Shown here: positions 39,765 to 50,902 of the stretch, piece after piece
Layout of the letters: every line of letters starts with the position of its first letter
Position numbering within the stretch: position 1 is the stretch's first letter
DNA from: Candidatus Nanopelagicales bacterium
GTDB taxonomy: Bacteria; Actinomycetota; Actinomycetes; S36-B12
Assembly: GCA_018402235.1 (NCBI GenBank)
Contig: JAGYJJ010000005.1
Location: 346,561-410,560 of the forward strand
Direction of reading: 5' to 3'
DNA length: 64,000 nt
The notes under the pieces: model-generated
Told to the model about the DNA's origin: nothing
The model's input: only the letters and a program-made list of their open reading frames with translations
Databases searched by the model: none
Made by a program: the position numbers and the translations under genes

Positions 39765-41114
39765 ATGACGTGTCAGCATGAGTGCGTGCACAACGACGAT
39801 CAATCAGCCGAGGTCGACGCCACTCACGATGGCGCGCTCGGTCTGGATGGTTTGCTCGAGTGGACTCAGGCGCGATATGTCGCGCGTACCGCGGCAAAGC
39901 CATTGCGCCCGGTTGCTGCTCGGCTCGATGAATCCCACGGCAGCGTTCTGGCTCGTGCACTGACCAGCCCCTACGACGAACCATTCGCGGACGCTGCTGC
40001 TCACGACGGTTACGCCGTGTGTGGTGAAGGCCCATGGACCATCGTGGATCTTGCTCAGGATGTGGCTCTATCTCCCCACACCGCGATGCGCGTGCGCGCC
40101 AAGCAGATACTTCCCGGCCACACAGATGCCGTACTACGCGTGGACCGGGGAGTGATCACTCACGACGATGAACTCGAAAAGGTGACCGCCCGAGATCCAC
40201 TCACCGATCTTCCTGAGCCAACAGCCCGACCAGACTTTGGCGATGCAATAACTCGTCAAGGAACCATTCGCGCATGCGGAACCGAATTGGTGCACGCGCA
40301 CACTCCAGTCACGGCAGGAACGTTGGCACTTGCTGCTGCGGCGGGCCTGGACACACTCGAGGTGGTCGCCCCGCCGGTAGTTGGCACATTGGTGCTGGGG
40401 TCATCACTTCTCACCAGCGGACCACCTCGCGATGGCCGGGTGCGCGATGGCCTCGGGTGGACCATTCCCGCACTCATCGGTTCACTCGGCGCTCGCGCTA
40501 ACCCACCAGTGCGGGCACCGGATACCCGTGAGCTCCTGATACAACAGATCGACGACGCCAACGTAGACGTGCTCATCACCACCGGCTCAACATCTCCGGG
40601 TGGGGACAACATTTTGCGCGAGGCACTTCGCGATCTCAATGCGCACTGGTTGGTCGACGGAATCATGGTCGCGCCGGGTGCGCAGACGCTTCTCGTTCGT
40701 CTTCCCGACGGTCGCTTGCTGCTGGGCCTGCCCGGGCAACCCATCGCCGCGCTGGCCGGACTCCTCACACTCGGCGCACCACTCATCGCTGGACTCCGCG
40801 GGGATTTGATCGAGCCACACCGATGTGAACCCAGCGCAGTTCCCTCGCGTGCACGTCTTACCGAACCAGCACCCGCAGCGCCGTACGACGAAGACACTGT
40901 GCTGTGTCCGGTACGCCTTCTTCCCGATTCCATTGCCACATCAACGAGCCACTTCGACACAGTTGCGTCGGCGATTCCTCTGCCCGCCGACGGACCGGCA
41001 GACCTTCGAGGGTGGGCCACAGCCGATGCAATTGCCGTGGTTCCCCCTGGCGTAGGTGACACGGGCGACGAAGTGGAACTCCTGGACCATCGCGGCCGAC
41101 CGGCAACGCGCTAA
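39765..41114 (+). CDS. moeA: Molybdopterin molybdotransferase MoeA-like protein
   Basis: DGYAV, DAVLR, G.VRD, LITTG, GLPG.P. Confidence 0.8.
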   Translation: MTCQHECVHNDDQSAEVDATHDGALGLDGLLEWTQARYVARTAAKPLRPVAARLDESHGSVLARALTSPYDEPFADAAAHDGYAVCGEGPWTIVDLAQDVALSPHTAMRVRAKQILPGHTDAVLRVDRGVITHDDELEKVTARDPLTDLPEPTARPDFGDAITRQGTIRACGTELVHAHTPVTAGTLALAAAAGLDTLEVVAPPVVGTLVLGSSLLTSGPPRDGRVRDGLGWTIPALIGSLGARANPPVRAPDTRELLIQQIDDANVDVLITTGSTSPGGDNILREALRDLNAHWLVDGIMVAPGAQTLLVRLPDGRLLLGLPGQPIAALAGLLTLGAPLIAGLRGDLIEPHRCEPSAVPSRARLTEPAPAAPYDEDTVLCPVRLLPDSIATSTSHFDTVASAIPLPADGPADLRGWATADAIAVVPPGVGDTGDEVELLDHRGRPATR

Positions 41115-41191
41115 CGTAATGCAGGTTATGGGACCAATCGTGGGAGCGGCCAACATGATGCGCGCGAAGTGCACGGTTCGAGGCCTGACCC

Positions 41192-42268
41192 ATGGCTAGG
41201 CAGGTCGAGGGAACCGAATCCGATCAAGAGACCGGCTTCACTCAGTCTGGTCGGCGCCTCTTGCTTTTCGGTGGGCGCAAGTACGGCCCCGTTGCCAACA
41301 TCCTTATTCGTCTCGCGGTTGCAGTCGGAGCCTTGGCCATCGCGGCCTCGCTCGTCTACTTCGAACGCGATTGCTACGAAGACAACGGAGTGCTCGGAGC
41401 CATTACCTGGATCGATGCGTTCTATTACGCGACGGTCAGTTTGTCGACTACCGGCTACGGCGACATCGCACCCGTGTGCCAATCAGCGCGGCTTGCCAAC
41501 GTTCTTGTTATAACCCCGCTGCGCTTCATTTTCTTGATCGTCCTGATCGGTACCACCATCGAAGTGCTCACCCGCAAGACTCGACAAGAGTGGCGGACCC
41601 GCAATTGGAGGAAGCACGTGGAGAACCACACAATCGTCGTGGGCTATGGAGTGAAGGGTCGCTCGGCGGCTCGCTCACTTAAGGACGCCGGGTACGACGG
41701 CAACACAATCGTGGTGGTCGCACCCGACCGTGATTCGGTCGACCTCGCCACTCGCGACGGTCTCGTGGGCATCGTTGGCGACGGTCGAAGCGAGGAGGTG
41801 CTCAAGGATGCCGCTGTCGAAAAGGCAGGTCGGGTGATCGTGGCCACCGACGAAGACGACACATCCGTACTGGTCACGCTCACCGCGCGCAGACTTGCCC
41901 GCCCAAGCTGCACCATCGTTGCGGCGGTTCGAGAATCCCAAAACGCGGACATCCTTCGTCAGTCCGGCGCTAACAACGTCATTCCCACAGCAGAATCCGC
42001 GGGCCGCCTCATGGGTCTTTCGGTCATCAGTAACACGGCCGGCGAAATCATGGAAGATCTGCTCGATTCCACGCGCGGACTGGAGGTCGTGGAGCGAGAG
42101 ATCACCCGCGAGCAACTCGGTCTATCTCCAGCGCAACTCGATGCCAGTGGACAGTTGGTCCTGGCAGTCATCCGCAATGGCATCGCGCACCGCTTCGATA
42201 CCGATGTCATCCGGCAACTCGAATCCGGCGATCGCCTCGTTGTCATCCAAAACAGCGAGCAGCAGTAA
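41192..42268 (+). CDS. Potassium channel protein with TrkA-N (RCK) domain
   Basis: Selectivity filter STTGYGD, VGYGVKG. Confidence 0.93.
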   Translation: MARQVEGTESDQETGFTQSGRRLLLFGGRKYGPVANILIRLAVAVGALAIAASLVYFERDCYEDNGVLGAITWIDAFYYATVSLSTTGYGDIAPVCQSARLANVLVITPLRFIFLIVLIGTTIEVLTRKTRQEWRTRNWRKHVENHTIVVGYGVKGRSAARSLKDAGYDGNTIVVVAPDRDSVDLATRDGLVGIVGDGRSEEVLKDAAVEKAGRVIVATDEDDTSVLVTLTARRLARPSCTIVAAVRESQNADILRQSGANNVIPTAESAGRLMGLSVISNTAGEIMEDLLDSTRGLEVVEREITREQLGLSPAQLDASGQLVLAVIRNGIAHRFDTDVIRQLESGDRLVVIQNSEQQ

Positions 42269-42323
42269 CCGACTTCACAACCAGCGCACCCACGCAAGTA
42301 CGGCCCGACCACTAGGAGGACCG

Positions 42324-43312
42324 ATGTTCGCCATCACTCAAGCCAAGCCCGGTGGCCCCGAGACGTTGCAGTGGGAGAAGGTTGCCGATCCCACGCCCGC
42401 ACCCAATGAAGTGGTGATCGAGGTCGCCGCAAGTGCGGTGAACCGCGCGGACATCTTGCAGCGCGAGGGCAACTACCCTCCGCCCCCAGGCGAGAGCAAC
42501 ATCCTTGGTTTGGAGTGCTCGGGAACTATCACTTCAGTGGGTGCAGCGCTCACTCTTGACCGCATCGGTGAACGCGTTACAGCGCTGCTCGCCGGTGGTG
42601 GTTACGCGACGCGCGTTGCCGTACCGATCGGTCAGGTAATGAGCGTTCCCGAGGGTGTAGACATCGTGACCGCCGGCGCACTTCCTGAAGTTGCCTGCAC
42701 GGTGTGGAGCAACTTGGTGCACGTAGCGCATCTGCGCGAGGGCGAGACGCTGCTCATCCACGGAGGTGGTTCGGGTATCGGCACCATGGCTATCCAGATC
42801 GCACGTGCACTCGGTGCGCAGGTGGCCGTCACTGCCGGCAGCCAGCGCAAACTCGATGCCTGCGCCGCACTCGGTGCGGACATTCTCATTAACTACAACG
42901 AGCAGGATTTCGTTGAGGTGATCAAGGACGAGACCGCGGGCCGCGGTGCGCACGTGATCCTCGACAACATGGGTGCGAAGTACTTGATGAAGAACATCGA
43001 TGCCCTCGCGCGCAATGGTCGCCAGGTGACCATCGGCATGCAAGGTGGCGTGAAGGGCGAGCTAGATATCTCTGCGATGTTGCGCAAGAACGTGGGCATC
43101 TTCGCCACCAGCCTGCGCGGGCGTCCGGACAGTGAGAAGGCCACCATCTGCCGCGAGGTGGAAAAGCACGTGTGGCCGTGGATCGAGGCGGGCGTGGTCA
43201 AGCCGGTGGTGGACCGCGTGATGCCGATGCCCGAGGCCGGCGCGGCGCAGACCTCTGTGTGGAAAACGGCGACATCATCGGCAAGCTCGCCCTCCAAACC
43301 CCTAACCCCTAA
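42324..43312 (+). CDS. NAD(P)H-quinone oxidoreductase, PIG3 family (frameshift near 43250)
   Basis: AGGAGG RBS; VNRAD.LQR.G.YPPP, GLECSG, HGGGSGIG; C-terminal ENGDIIGKL in another frame. Confidence 0.92.
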
Positions 43313-43337
43313 CCCGCTGACCCCCCTAACCCCTCCG

Positions 43338-43395
43338 CACTTTCCGCCAGCCCTCTGGCCGATCGACCGTCAATCCGCCAGACCCTGGCGGAAAG
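43338..43395. repeat. REP/MITE-like palindromic element, copy 2 (internally deleted)
   Basis: CACTTTCCGCCAG...TCTGGCCGA...ACCGTCAATCCGCCAGACCCTGGCGGAAAG shares both ends and an internal segment with 27214-27302. Confidence 0.8.
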
Positions 43396-43429
43396 ACGGT
43401 CATCTCGCCACCCTGGTTCACTGGGTGCC

Positions 43430-44077
43430 ATGCGAATCGACGTATGGGCTGACCTGGTCTGTCCGTGGTGCTTCATCGGCAAGCGCCGGCTTCAGCTGGC
43501 GCTGGAAGAAATCGCTAACGCGCAATTCCTGAACAACGACGACGTCACCATCGTCCACCGAGCCTTCCAGCTGGACCCATCCGCGAGTACGCACTCCGAG
43601 CCCACGGTCGATCACCTCGCGGCGAAATACGGCGTAAGCCGCGAACAGGCGCTGGAAATGATGGCGGACGTGACCGAGGTTGCCGCGGGCGAAGGACTCG
43701 ACTACCACCTGGATCGCACCATGACCGGCAACACCCGCGATGTGCACCGCTTCGTTCTGTGGGTGCAGGACACCTCACCCAACACCACGCAGCCCCTTCT
43801 CGCCGACCTCTACTCGGGCTACTTCGAGCGGGGCGAGCGCATCTTCACCATCGAGGATCTCGAACCATTCGCGAACAGACACGGCATTGACGCCCAAGCC
43901 ATGCGCGAAGTCCTGGAGGGCCGCGACTACCTGGACGTCATCGCCAGCGACCAGGCAACGGCGCGTGACCTCGGTGCGGGCGGTGTTCCGTTCTTCGTCT
44001 TCAACAACAAGGTCGGAATCTCCGGTGCTCAGCCGGTGGGTGCGTTTCACGCCGCGATTGAGCAAGCACGCCAGTAA
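43430..44077 (+). CDS. DsbA/FrnE family oxidoreductase
   Basis: D.VCPWCFIG, FQLDP, GVPFF, SGAQP. Confidence 0.93.
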   Translation: MRIDVWADLVCPWCFIGKRRLQLALEEIANAQFLNNDDVTIVHRAFQLDPSASTHSEPTVDHLAAKYGVSREQALEMMADVTEVAAGEGLDYHLDRTMTGNTRDVHRFVLWVQDTSPNTTQPLLADLYSGYFERGERIFTIEDLEPFANRHGIDAQAMREVLEGRDYLDVIASDQATARDLGAGGVPFFVFNNKVGISGAQPVGAFHAAIEQARQ

Positions 44078-44081
44078 CGAC

Positions 44082-44946
44082 CTAGAACCGAGCAGAAGTA
44101 CGCGCCCGCGCGATCCCCTCCGCCTGAGCGGGCATCGGCGCACCACGCAAACCAGCAAGACGATCGCTTCGCAAAGACAGATCCTTCGGCCCACCTTCAA
44201 CCGAAGACTCGTAGATCAAGGACCTATCCAAGTCAAACTCCCCAGCAACCAAGTGACCGAAATCGAACTTAGACACCGCATCTCGTGCCACAACATGGAA
44301 GTTCCCCGACTCACTATGATTCAACAACTCGCTCGATCGACTCCACCACATCTTCGACGAACAACGACGTCACTGTGTAGTCCACGAATCCCGGAACTCG
44401 GTTGCCCGCGCCCAACTCACGCACGAAGAACTCGAGCGTTGACGCATGACCGCTGGGACTCCAACCGAAGAAATTGGTGCGCGCGATCACGGCCGACGCA
44501 TGCGCGTTAAGCACTGTCTCTTCGCCTGCAGCCTTTGTGCGGCCGTAGGCCGTGTTAGGTGAGACTGCCTCATTCTCTTCGTACCAACCGCGAGCACCAG
44601 AGAACACCGCGTCCGTCGACACGTAGACGAAAGCTGCTCCCCGCGCAGCAGCAGCCCCCGCGAGCACGCCGCTCGCCTGAGCGTTCACTCGCATCGCCAA
44701 CTCTTCATTCGCTGCACACGCTTGATGATTCGCCATGCCAGCGCAATGCAGCACCACATCGGGCTCGACCTCATGCACCGCGCGTTCCAACGTATCAACA
44801 GCAAGCAGGTCAGCCGCAACCTTCTGATCACACCACGGAGCGGTGTTGATATCCCGAACTAGGCCGACAACGTCGTGACCAGACGAAAGAACGCGAACAG
44901 CATTGGCGCCCAGGAATCCACTTGCTCCCGTGATCAGCCAGCGCAC
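44082..44946 (-). CDS. RmlD-like extended SDR sugar-nucleotide reductase (frameshift near 44335)
   Basis: TGASGFLG, HCAG, STDAVFSG, YGRTK. Confidence 0.85.
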
Positions 44947-44976
44947 GTGTGCATTGTGCCGTAAAGAACCGGCGAG

Positions 44977-45483
44977 CTACATAGCTTCGGTCAGCGCGGC
45001 AATACGCCGCACCAAGTACTGAGAAAAATACCCGTGATACTTCGCCTGGAGCACCGGATCACGCCAATCGGCACCGGTGACCACGTCGCGGCACGTCGGT
45101 TCCCCGCATAGGCACGTGAACTCGTCGTAGTCAGACGCATCGGTCATGGCGTAGTCGAAGGTGAGTTCCTCACCAACCGCGATGTCGCGCATCGCAACAA
45201 GAACAGCGGACCCGATAACCCCGCAGTTCGGCTCGCACGAATGGTTGAGCATGTCGCCGGGCTCAGGGGTGTCACTGGAGACCAGATACAAATCGTGGTC
45301 GACCTGGATGGAACGGCTTTGCCGATCATCGCTCATCGCCGAGAGGGTCGCGCGATCCACGACCCATCCGCCGAAGCCCGCCACGGTCTCGCCCTGGGCG
45401 ATCGGCTCGGTGGCGTACGAGCCCCATCCTTTACCTCCGGCAGGACGAGCCTGAGCCTTTGGCGTCAACCAGTTGTAGTCCAA
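44977..45483 (-). CDS. SET-domain protein-lysine methyltransferase-like protein
   Basis: GWG..A...I..GE, NHSCEPN, GEELTFDY, post-SET CLCGEPTCR. Confidence 0.92.
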   Translation of the reverse strand: MDYNWLTPKAQARPAGGKGWGSYATEPIAQGETVAGFGGWVVDRATLSAMSDDRQSRSIQVDHDLYLVSSDTPEPGDMLNHSCEPNCGVIGSAVLVAMRDIAVGEELTFDYAMTDASDYDEFTCLCGEPTCRDVVTGADWRDPVLQAKYHGYFSQYLVRRIAALTEAM

Positions 45484-45645
45484 TCAGGCCACCTTTCACG
45501 GCCCGGAAAACCCCGGGGAAGCAGTCACAAATCGAGCAAAGTCCGCAAAGTCTGCCAGAAGAATGTTACGAAGCAAAGACCGGCCTTCGCCTGGTCCAGG
45601 AGGCGCAAGCAGCACGCAGGGGCACACAATGGAACGATGGACTTC

Positions 45646-46207
45646 ATGAGCGAGCAGCCGGTCATCGATCAAGACGGTCACATCGTCGGCCCCACAAGCC
45701 AAACCGGCGCAACTGACGCAGCCGTCGTAGGCGACGGGCAGCCCACCGACCCCACGGCCGACCCAACAGGCCTCGTCCAGCAACCCGCCAAGGTGATGCG
45801 CATCGGCACGATGATCAAGCAACTGCTCGACGAGGTGAAGTCCGCACCGCTGGACGAAGCGGCCCGCGTGAGACTCAGTGAGATCTACGCGCAGTCCATC
45901 AAGGAACTCGAGGAGGGTCTATCCCCCGAGCTCGTGGAGGAACTCGATCGCCTCTCCTTACCGTTCGCCGCCGACCAAGCGCCCAGCGAAGCCGAATTGC
46001 GCATCGCCCAGGCCCAACTGGTCGGCTGGCTCGAGGGCTTGTTCCACGGAATCCAGGCCGCGATCTTCGCCCAGCAGGTGGCGGCCAAGGCGCAACTCGA
46101 TCAGATGCGCGGTGCGCCGCAGCTTCCCTACGATGCCGATGAACCCCAGCCAAGGCGCGCAAAACGATCAGTCCGACGGCCAGAGCGGAATAGGTCACTA
46201 TCTGTGA
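45646..46207 (+). CDS. bpa: Bacterial proteasome activator Bpa/PafE (frameshift near 46130)
   Basis: QPAKVMRIGTMIKQLLDEV, ELRIAQAQLVGWLEGLFHGIQ; C-terminal GHYL* (HbYX motif) in another frame. Confidence 0.92.
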
Positions 46208-46222
46208 CGGTAGGTTGGGCCG

Positions 46223-47528
46223 GTGATCGACCCCGTCATCTTGCGCACCGATCCCGATCGCATTCGCGAGTCCCAGCGCCGCCGCGGCGAAGACGAGTCC
46301 GTTGTTGATCGACTCATCGAGGCCGATCAACTCTCCCGCGATGCGCGTCAGCGTTTCGATGAGTTGCGCAATGAGCAAAAGAATCTTGGCAAGCAGATCG
46401 GTCCTCTCCAGGGTCAGTTGAAAAAGGCCAACGACGACGCCAAACCCGCGCTGCAAAAGCAGGTCGATGAACTCATGTCCGCCGCCAGCGACCTTGCAGC
46501 GAAGGTCAAGGAAGCCGAGCAAGCAGCCGATGAGGCCGCCGAGCGCAATAACGCCCTGTGGCTGGAAGTTTCCAATCTGGTCAACCTCGATTCACCCGTA
46601 GGTGGCGAAGCGGACTTCCGCGTTCTGGAAACTGTCGGCACTCCGCGCGATTTCACGGCGGAGGGTTTTAAGCCCAAGGACCACCTGGAGATCGGTGAAG
46701 CACTCAAAGCGATTGACGTTGAGCGCGGCGCGAAGGTCTCCGGGTCTCGCTTCTTCTATCTCACCGGCCCGGGTGCGGAACTGGAATTCGCGCTGCTCAA
46801 TCTCGCGATGGAGCACGCGCGCAGGCATGGACTCATTCCGGTGATCACCCCCGCACTCGTGTTACCCAGCGCGATGGAAGGCACGGGTTTCCTGGGCCAG
46901 GCCGCGGAGAACGTCTACCGGATCGAATCCGACGACATGTATCTCGGTGGGCACCAGCGAAGTTCCTCTCGCGGCTTTCCACTCCGACGAAATCATCGAC
47001 GCGGACGAACTTCCGTTGCGTTACGCCGGCTGGTCGAGTTGCTTCCGACGCGAAGCCGGTTCCTACGGCAAGGACACCCGCGGCATCATCCGCGTGCACC
47101 AATTCGACAAGGTCGAGATGTTCGTCTTCTGCGAGGCAGATAAGGCCGAGGAAGAGCACGCGAACCTCATCGCCTGGGAGAAGGAGTTCGTCGATGCGCT
47201 GGAGATCCCCTACCGGGTGATCGACGTGGCAACCGGGGATCTCGGCTCGAGCGCCGCGCGCAAGTTCGACATTGAGGCCTGGATTCCCACCCAGGGCGCC
47301 TACCGCGAAATCACCAGCACCTCGAACACCACCGAGTTCCAAGCGCGACGCTTGAAGATCCGCATGCGCAAGGACGGCAACACCGCACCCTTGGCAACCC
47401 TCAACGGAACGCTGTGCGCAATGCCGCGCATCATCGTCGCGTTGCTGGAAAACCACCAACAAGCCGACGGCAGCGTGAGCATTCCTGTTGCCCTTCGCCC
47501 CTACCTCGGAGGTCGAGTCACCCTGTGA
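46223..47528 (+). CDS. serS: Serine-tRNA ligase (frameshift near 46945)
   Basis: MID...LR coiled-coil arm, [41 protein letters not shown]. Confidence 0.97.
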
Positions 47529-48352
47529 GCATCGCCAGCATCCCGCACATAAACGACGGCCTCCCCATCGACTGGACCCCGCAACTCATCGCGCTGGACA
47601 TCGACGACACCCTCACCGTGCACCTGGGCAACATGAAGCCGCGCGTGATCGAGGCGATCGGCGCTGTTCAGGCCAAAGGAATCGACGTTGTCCTGGCAAC
47701 GGGGCGATCCTTCGACACAACGTCGCCCGTTGCCGATGAAGCTGGCATCGATGGTTATGTGGTGTGCAGCAACGGGGCGATCCTCGGTGACGTTGCGCAA
47801 AAGAAAATCGTGGAGGCCGTCACTTTCGACGCAACCCCGGTGATCGAGCAGCTCACCGCACTCATCCCCGACGCCGTGTTCGCAGTTGAAGACATGCACG
47901 GCATCTTCTACACCACCCACATGTTCTCCACCGGTCCGCTCGGCCTGAAGATTCAAGAGGTTCCTCTCGAGCAACTCACCAAGGAGCCAGTGGTCCGTCT
48001 GGTGATGCGCAGCAACCGCCACACCGAAGAAGCATTCGGTCAGGCTGCCGCGCAATTGGGCTATCACCAGGTGGTGTACGGAGTTGCCGACGTTGCGTGG
48101 ATGGATGTCGGTCCGCACGACGTCAGCAAGGCGTCGATGCTGCACGAGGTCTGCGCACGCAAGGAGATTCCCGCTGAGCGCGTGGTTGCGATCGGCGATA
48201 ACTGGAACGACGTTCAAATGCTGAATTGGGCAGGCCTCGGTGTTGCCATGGGCCACGCGGTTCCGGAGATCCAGGCCAAGGCGAACCTGATCACTCTGGC
48301 CGAGCCAGGCGATGGTGTTGCCGCAGTCCTGGAAGCCATCGCCGCAAGCTGA
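47525..48352 (+). CDS. Cof-type HAD hydrolase
   Basis: LDIDDT, ATGR, SNGA, SKA, GDNWND..ML; GTGA overlap with serS. Confidence 0.9.
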   Translation: MSIASIPHINDGLPIDWTPQLIALDIDDTLTVHLGNMKPRVIEAIGAVQAKGIDVVLATGRSFDTTSPVADEAGIDGYVVCSNGAILGDVAQKKIVEAVTFDATPVIEQLTALIPDAVFAVEDMHGIFYTTHMFSTGPLGLKIQEVPLEQLTKEPVVRLVMRSNRHTEEAFGQAAAQLGYHQVVYGVADVAWMDVGPHDVSKASMLHEVCARKEIPAERVVAIGDNWNDVQMLNWAGLGVAMGHAVPEIQAKANLITLAEPGDGVAAVLEAIAAS

Positions 48353-48380
48353 CCGTGAAGATTGGGGCTTCCCTGACGGG

Positions 48381-48398
48381 GTATACCTGACGTATACT
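48381..48398 (+). promoter_or_regulatory. Putative TA operator and -10 box
   Basis: GTATAC-N5-GTATAC with TATACT ending 6 nt before GTG 48405 (leaderless-type spacing). Confidence 0.55.
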
Positions 48399-48404
48399 TG
48401 GAGA

Positions 48405-48698
48405 GTGAGCGCGCCAACCCATACCACCATCAAAGTCACGGCCAAGGTCCGCGATGACTTGAACGAAGTGGCCGCCGCCGAAGGACGGACCGCCGGAAGC
48501 ATGATCGAAAAGTTGCTGGCGGACTACCTGTGGCGCTTGGAAGTCGAGGCCGCCAAAAAGGCTATGCGCGAAGCACCGCAAGAGGTGTGGGACGAATACA
48601 TGCGCGAGTTCAAAGCATGGGACGCAACCTTCATGGACGGACTAGAAGACGAACCTTTGGACGAGGATTCGTCGGCACACGGAAGTTCCAGCGCATGA
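48405..48698 (+). CDS. Antitoxin, ribbon-helix-helix-like
   Basis: TTIKV...VRD.L...A...G N-terminus, acidic C-terminus, ATGA overlap with the toxin. Confidence 0.8.
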   Translation: MSAPTHTTIKVTAKVRDDLNEVAAAEGRTAGSMIEKLLADYLWRLEVEAAKKAMREAPQEVWDEYMREFKAWDATFMDGLEDEPLDEDSSAHGSSSA

Positions 48699-49036
48699 AC
48701 CTCGAGGCCGGGACGATTGTGTGGTGTGATCTTGATCCCGTAGTCGGAAGCGAGCAAGGTGGACGACGACCAGCCCTAGTCATATCTTCCGTTGACTACT
48801 CAGAAGCCGTGACACACATGACTCTCGTGGTGCCCGTCACGACTCGCCAACGCCCGTGGCCCAACCACGTCGCTTTGAGCGGCCCCACAGGTCTTAGAAG
48901 CCAGTCCTATGCGATTACCGAACAGCCGCGCGCGATTAGCATCATGAGAGTACGAAAAGTTGCCGGTCGAGTCGACGGGGACAGTTTGGCTCGCGTTTGC
49001 AGGTGGGTTCACCTGTGGCAGTACCAAGCAGCCTGA
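48695..49036 (+). CDS. mazF: MazF/PemK family toxin
   Basis: G.IVW.DLDP..GSEQGGRRPALVIS, VVPVTT, EQ.R.IS..R. Confidence 0.92.
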   Translation: MNLEAGTIVWCDLDPVVGSEQGGRRPALVISSVDYSEAVTHMTLVVPVTTRQRPWPNHVALSGPTGLRSQSYAITEQPRAISIMRVRKVAGRVDGDSLARVCRWVHLWQYQAA

Positions 49037-49895
49037 TCAGTCGAAGCCGCGCTGCATCGCTTCGGCGATAGCTTCGCGCCAATCTCGCATCTTTGGCAGA
49101 CCCACATCAGCCCAGCGCTGGTGCCCCAGCACCGAGTACGCCGGCCGTGGCGCGGGGCGCACGAACTGCTCGCTGGTCACCGCGATCACCCGCGCAGGAT
49201 CAGCGCCCATGAGTCGGAAGATCTCTTGGGTGAACCCGTGCCAGGACACGCTTCCGGAGTTGGTGCCGTGGAATATGCCGGCGGGTGGGCGTGCATCGAG
49301 CAGCGCGACGATTTGCGTTGCCAGGTCCGCCGCGTAGGTCGGTTGACCTACTTGATCGTCCACCACATCGATCGTGTCGCGTTCTTTCTCCAACCGCAGC
49401 ATCGTCTTGACGAAGTTGTTGCCCTGGTGCCCGTAGCAGCCAGGCGGTGCGCACGATGTAGTGCGCTTCGGGTAGTTCCTCGACAACTGCCTGCTCGCCC
49501 ACCAATTTTGTGCGCCCGTATGCCGAGCGCGGATCGGGAGTTGCGCCTTCAGCGTACGGCGACGTCGCATCGCCGGAGAACACGTAGTCGGTTGAGATCT
49601 GCACCAACCAGGCACCGGCGTCGCGGCACGCGCGTGCCAGCACCCGCGGACCTTCACCATTGACCGCCAACGCACCTGCTTCGTTCTCCTCGGCAGCATC
49701 AACCGCAGTCCACGCCGCGCAATTGATCACTACGTCCGGTGAGAAGGATGCGAACACCTCACCCACGGATGATTCCGAAGTGATGTCCACATCCGGCAGA
49801 TCCACGCCGAGAACCTCATCATCCGAACGTGCCGAATACAGCGCAACCAACTCCGACCCGAGTTGACCGTTCGCTCCAGTGACGAGTACGCGCAC
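49037..49895 (-). CDS. rfbD: dTDP-4-dehydrorhamnose reductase (frameshift near 49435)
   Basis: GANGQLG, NCAAWTAVD.AE, STDYVF, YGRTK, VVDDQ.GQPT, RPAPRPAYSVL. Confidence 0.95.
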
Positions 49896-49903
49896 GAAAA
49901 TCC

Positions 49904-50902
49904 TTAGCGAGTCTTGGTGATCTCGGCGCGCTCCTTGAGCGGACGCCACCAGGCTTCGTTGTCGCGGTACCACTGCACTGTCTCGGCAAGGCCGTCAGCG
50001 AACTTGTGCTGCGGCTCATAACCGAGGTCGCGGATGCGGCCGTCGTTCACCGAGTACCGGCGATCGTGACCCTTGCGGTCCTCCACCGGCTGCACCATCG
50101 ACCAATCCGCGCCCATCGCGGCAAGCACCTGCTCGGTGAGTTCCTTGTTGCTCAACTCCAGTCCGCCGCCGATGTTGTAGGACTGACCAGGTGCACCGCG
50201 GTCGGCCACGATCGCAATGCCGCGGCAATGGTCATCCACATGCAGCCAGTCGCGCACGTTCAAGCCGTCGCCGTACAGCGGCACCTTCTTGCCGTCGATC
50301 AAGTTCGTGACGAACAGCGGGATGACCTTCTCCGGGAACTGGTACGGCCCGTAGTTGTTCGAGCAGCGCGTAGACGAAACGTTCAGGCCATACGTGACGT
50401 TGTAGGCGCGCACCAGCATCTCCGCAGCCGCCTTCGCTGCTGAGTAGGGCGAGTTCGGCAACAGCGGCTCATCCTCTGTCCATGAACCGACGTCGATCGA
50501 TCCGTACACCTCATCGGTGCCAATGTGCACCGTGCGCGGAATCCCATGACGCAAACACGCATCCAAAAGCGTTTGCGTTCCCACCACGTTAGTGATGATG
50601 AAGTCCTGCGGACCGTGGATCGAACGATCCACATGGGTCTCGGCAGCGAAATTGATAACCACATCGTGTCCGGGCAGCACCTGATCGAGCAGATCGCCGT
50701 CGCAGATGTCGCCTTGCACGAACGAGTAACGCGGATCGGAGGACACCGACGCCAGGTTCTCGAGGTTTCCGGCGTAGGTGAGTTTGTCGTAGACCGTTAC
50801 GCCGGTGCAGTCGTGGCCGAGGGAGTCGTAGGAACCCGCGAGGAGTTCGCGGACGAAGTGCGAACCGATGAATCCGGCCGCTCCGGTGATGAGGTAGCGC
50901 AC
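49904..50902 (-). CDS. rfbB: dTDP-glucose 4,6-dehydratase
   Basis: GAAGFIG, DKLTYAGN, FAAETHVDRS, TDEVYG, PNSPYSA.K, RCSNNYGPYQFPEK. Confidence 0.97.
   Translation of the reverse strand: MRYLITGAAGFIGSHFVRELLAGSYDSLGHDCTGVTVYDKLTYAGNLENLASVSSDPRYSFVQGDICDGDLLDQVLPGHDVVINFAAETHVDRSIHGPQDFIITNVVGTQTLLDACLRHGIPRTVHIGTDEVYGSIDVGSWTEDEPLLPNSPYSAAKAAAEMLVRAYNVTYGLNVSSTRCSNNYGPYQFPEKVIPLFVTNLIDGKKVPLYGDGLNVRDWLHVDDHCRGIAIVADRGAPGQSYNIGGGLELSNKELTEQVLAAMGADWSMVQPVEDRKGHDRRYSVNDGRIRDLGYEPQHKFADGLAETVQWYRDNEAWWRPLKERAEITKTR

Noticed and set aside
43298-43335. Telomere-like CCCTAA repeats
   Set aside because: Only three imperfect copies, explained by duplication of the gene's stop region.
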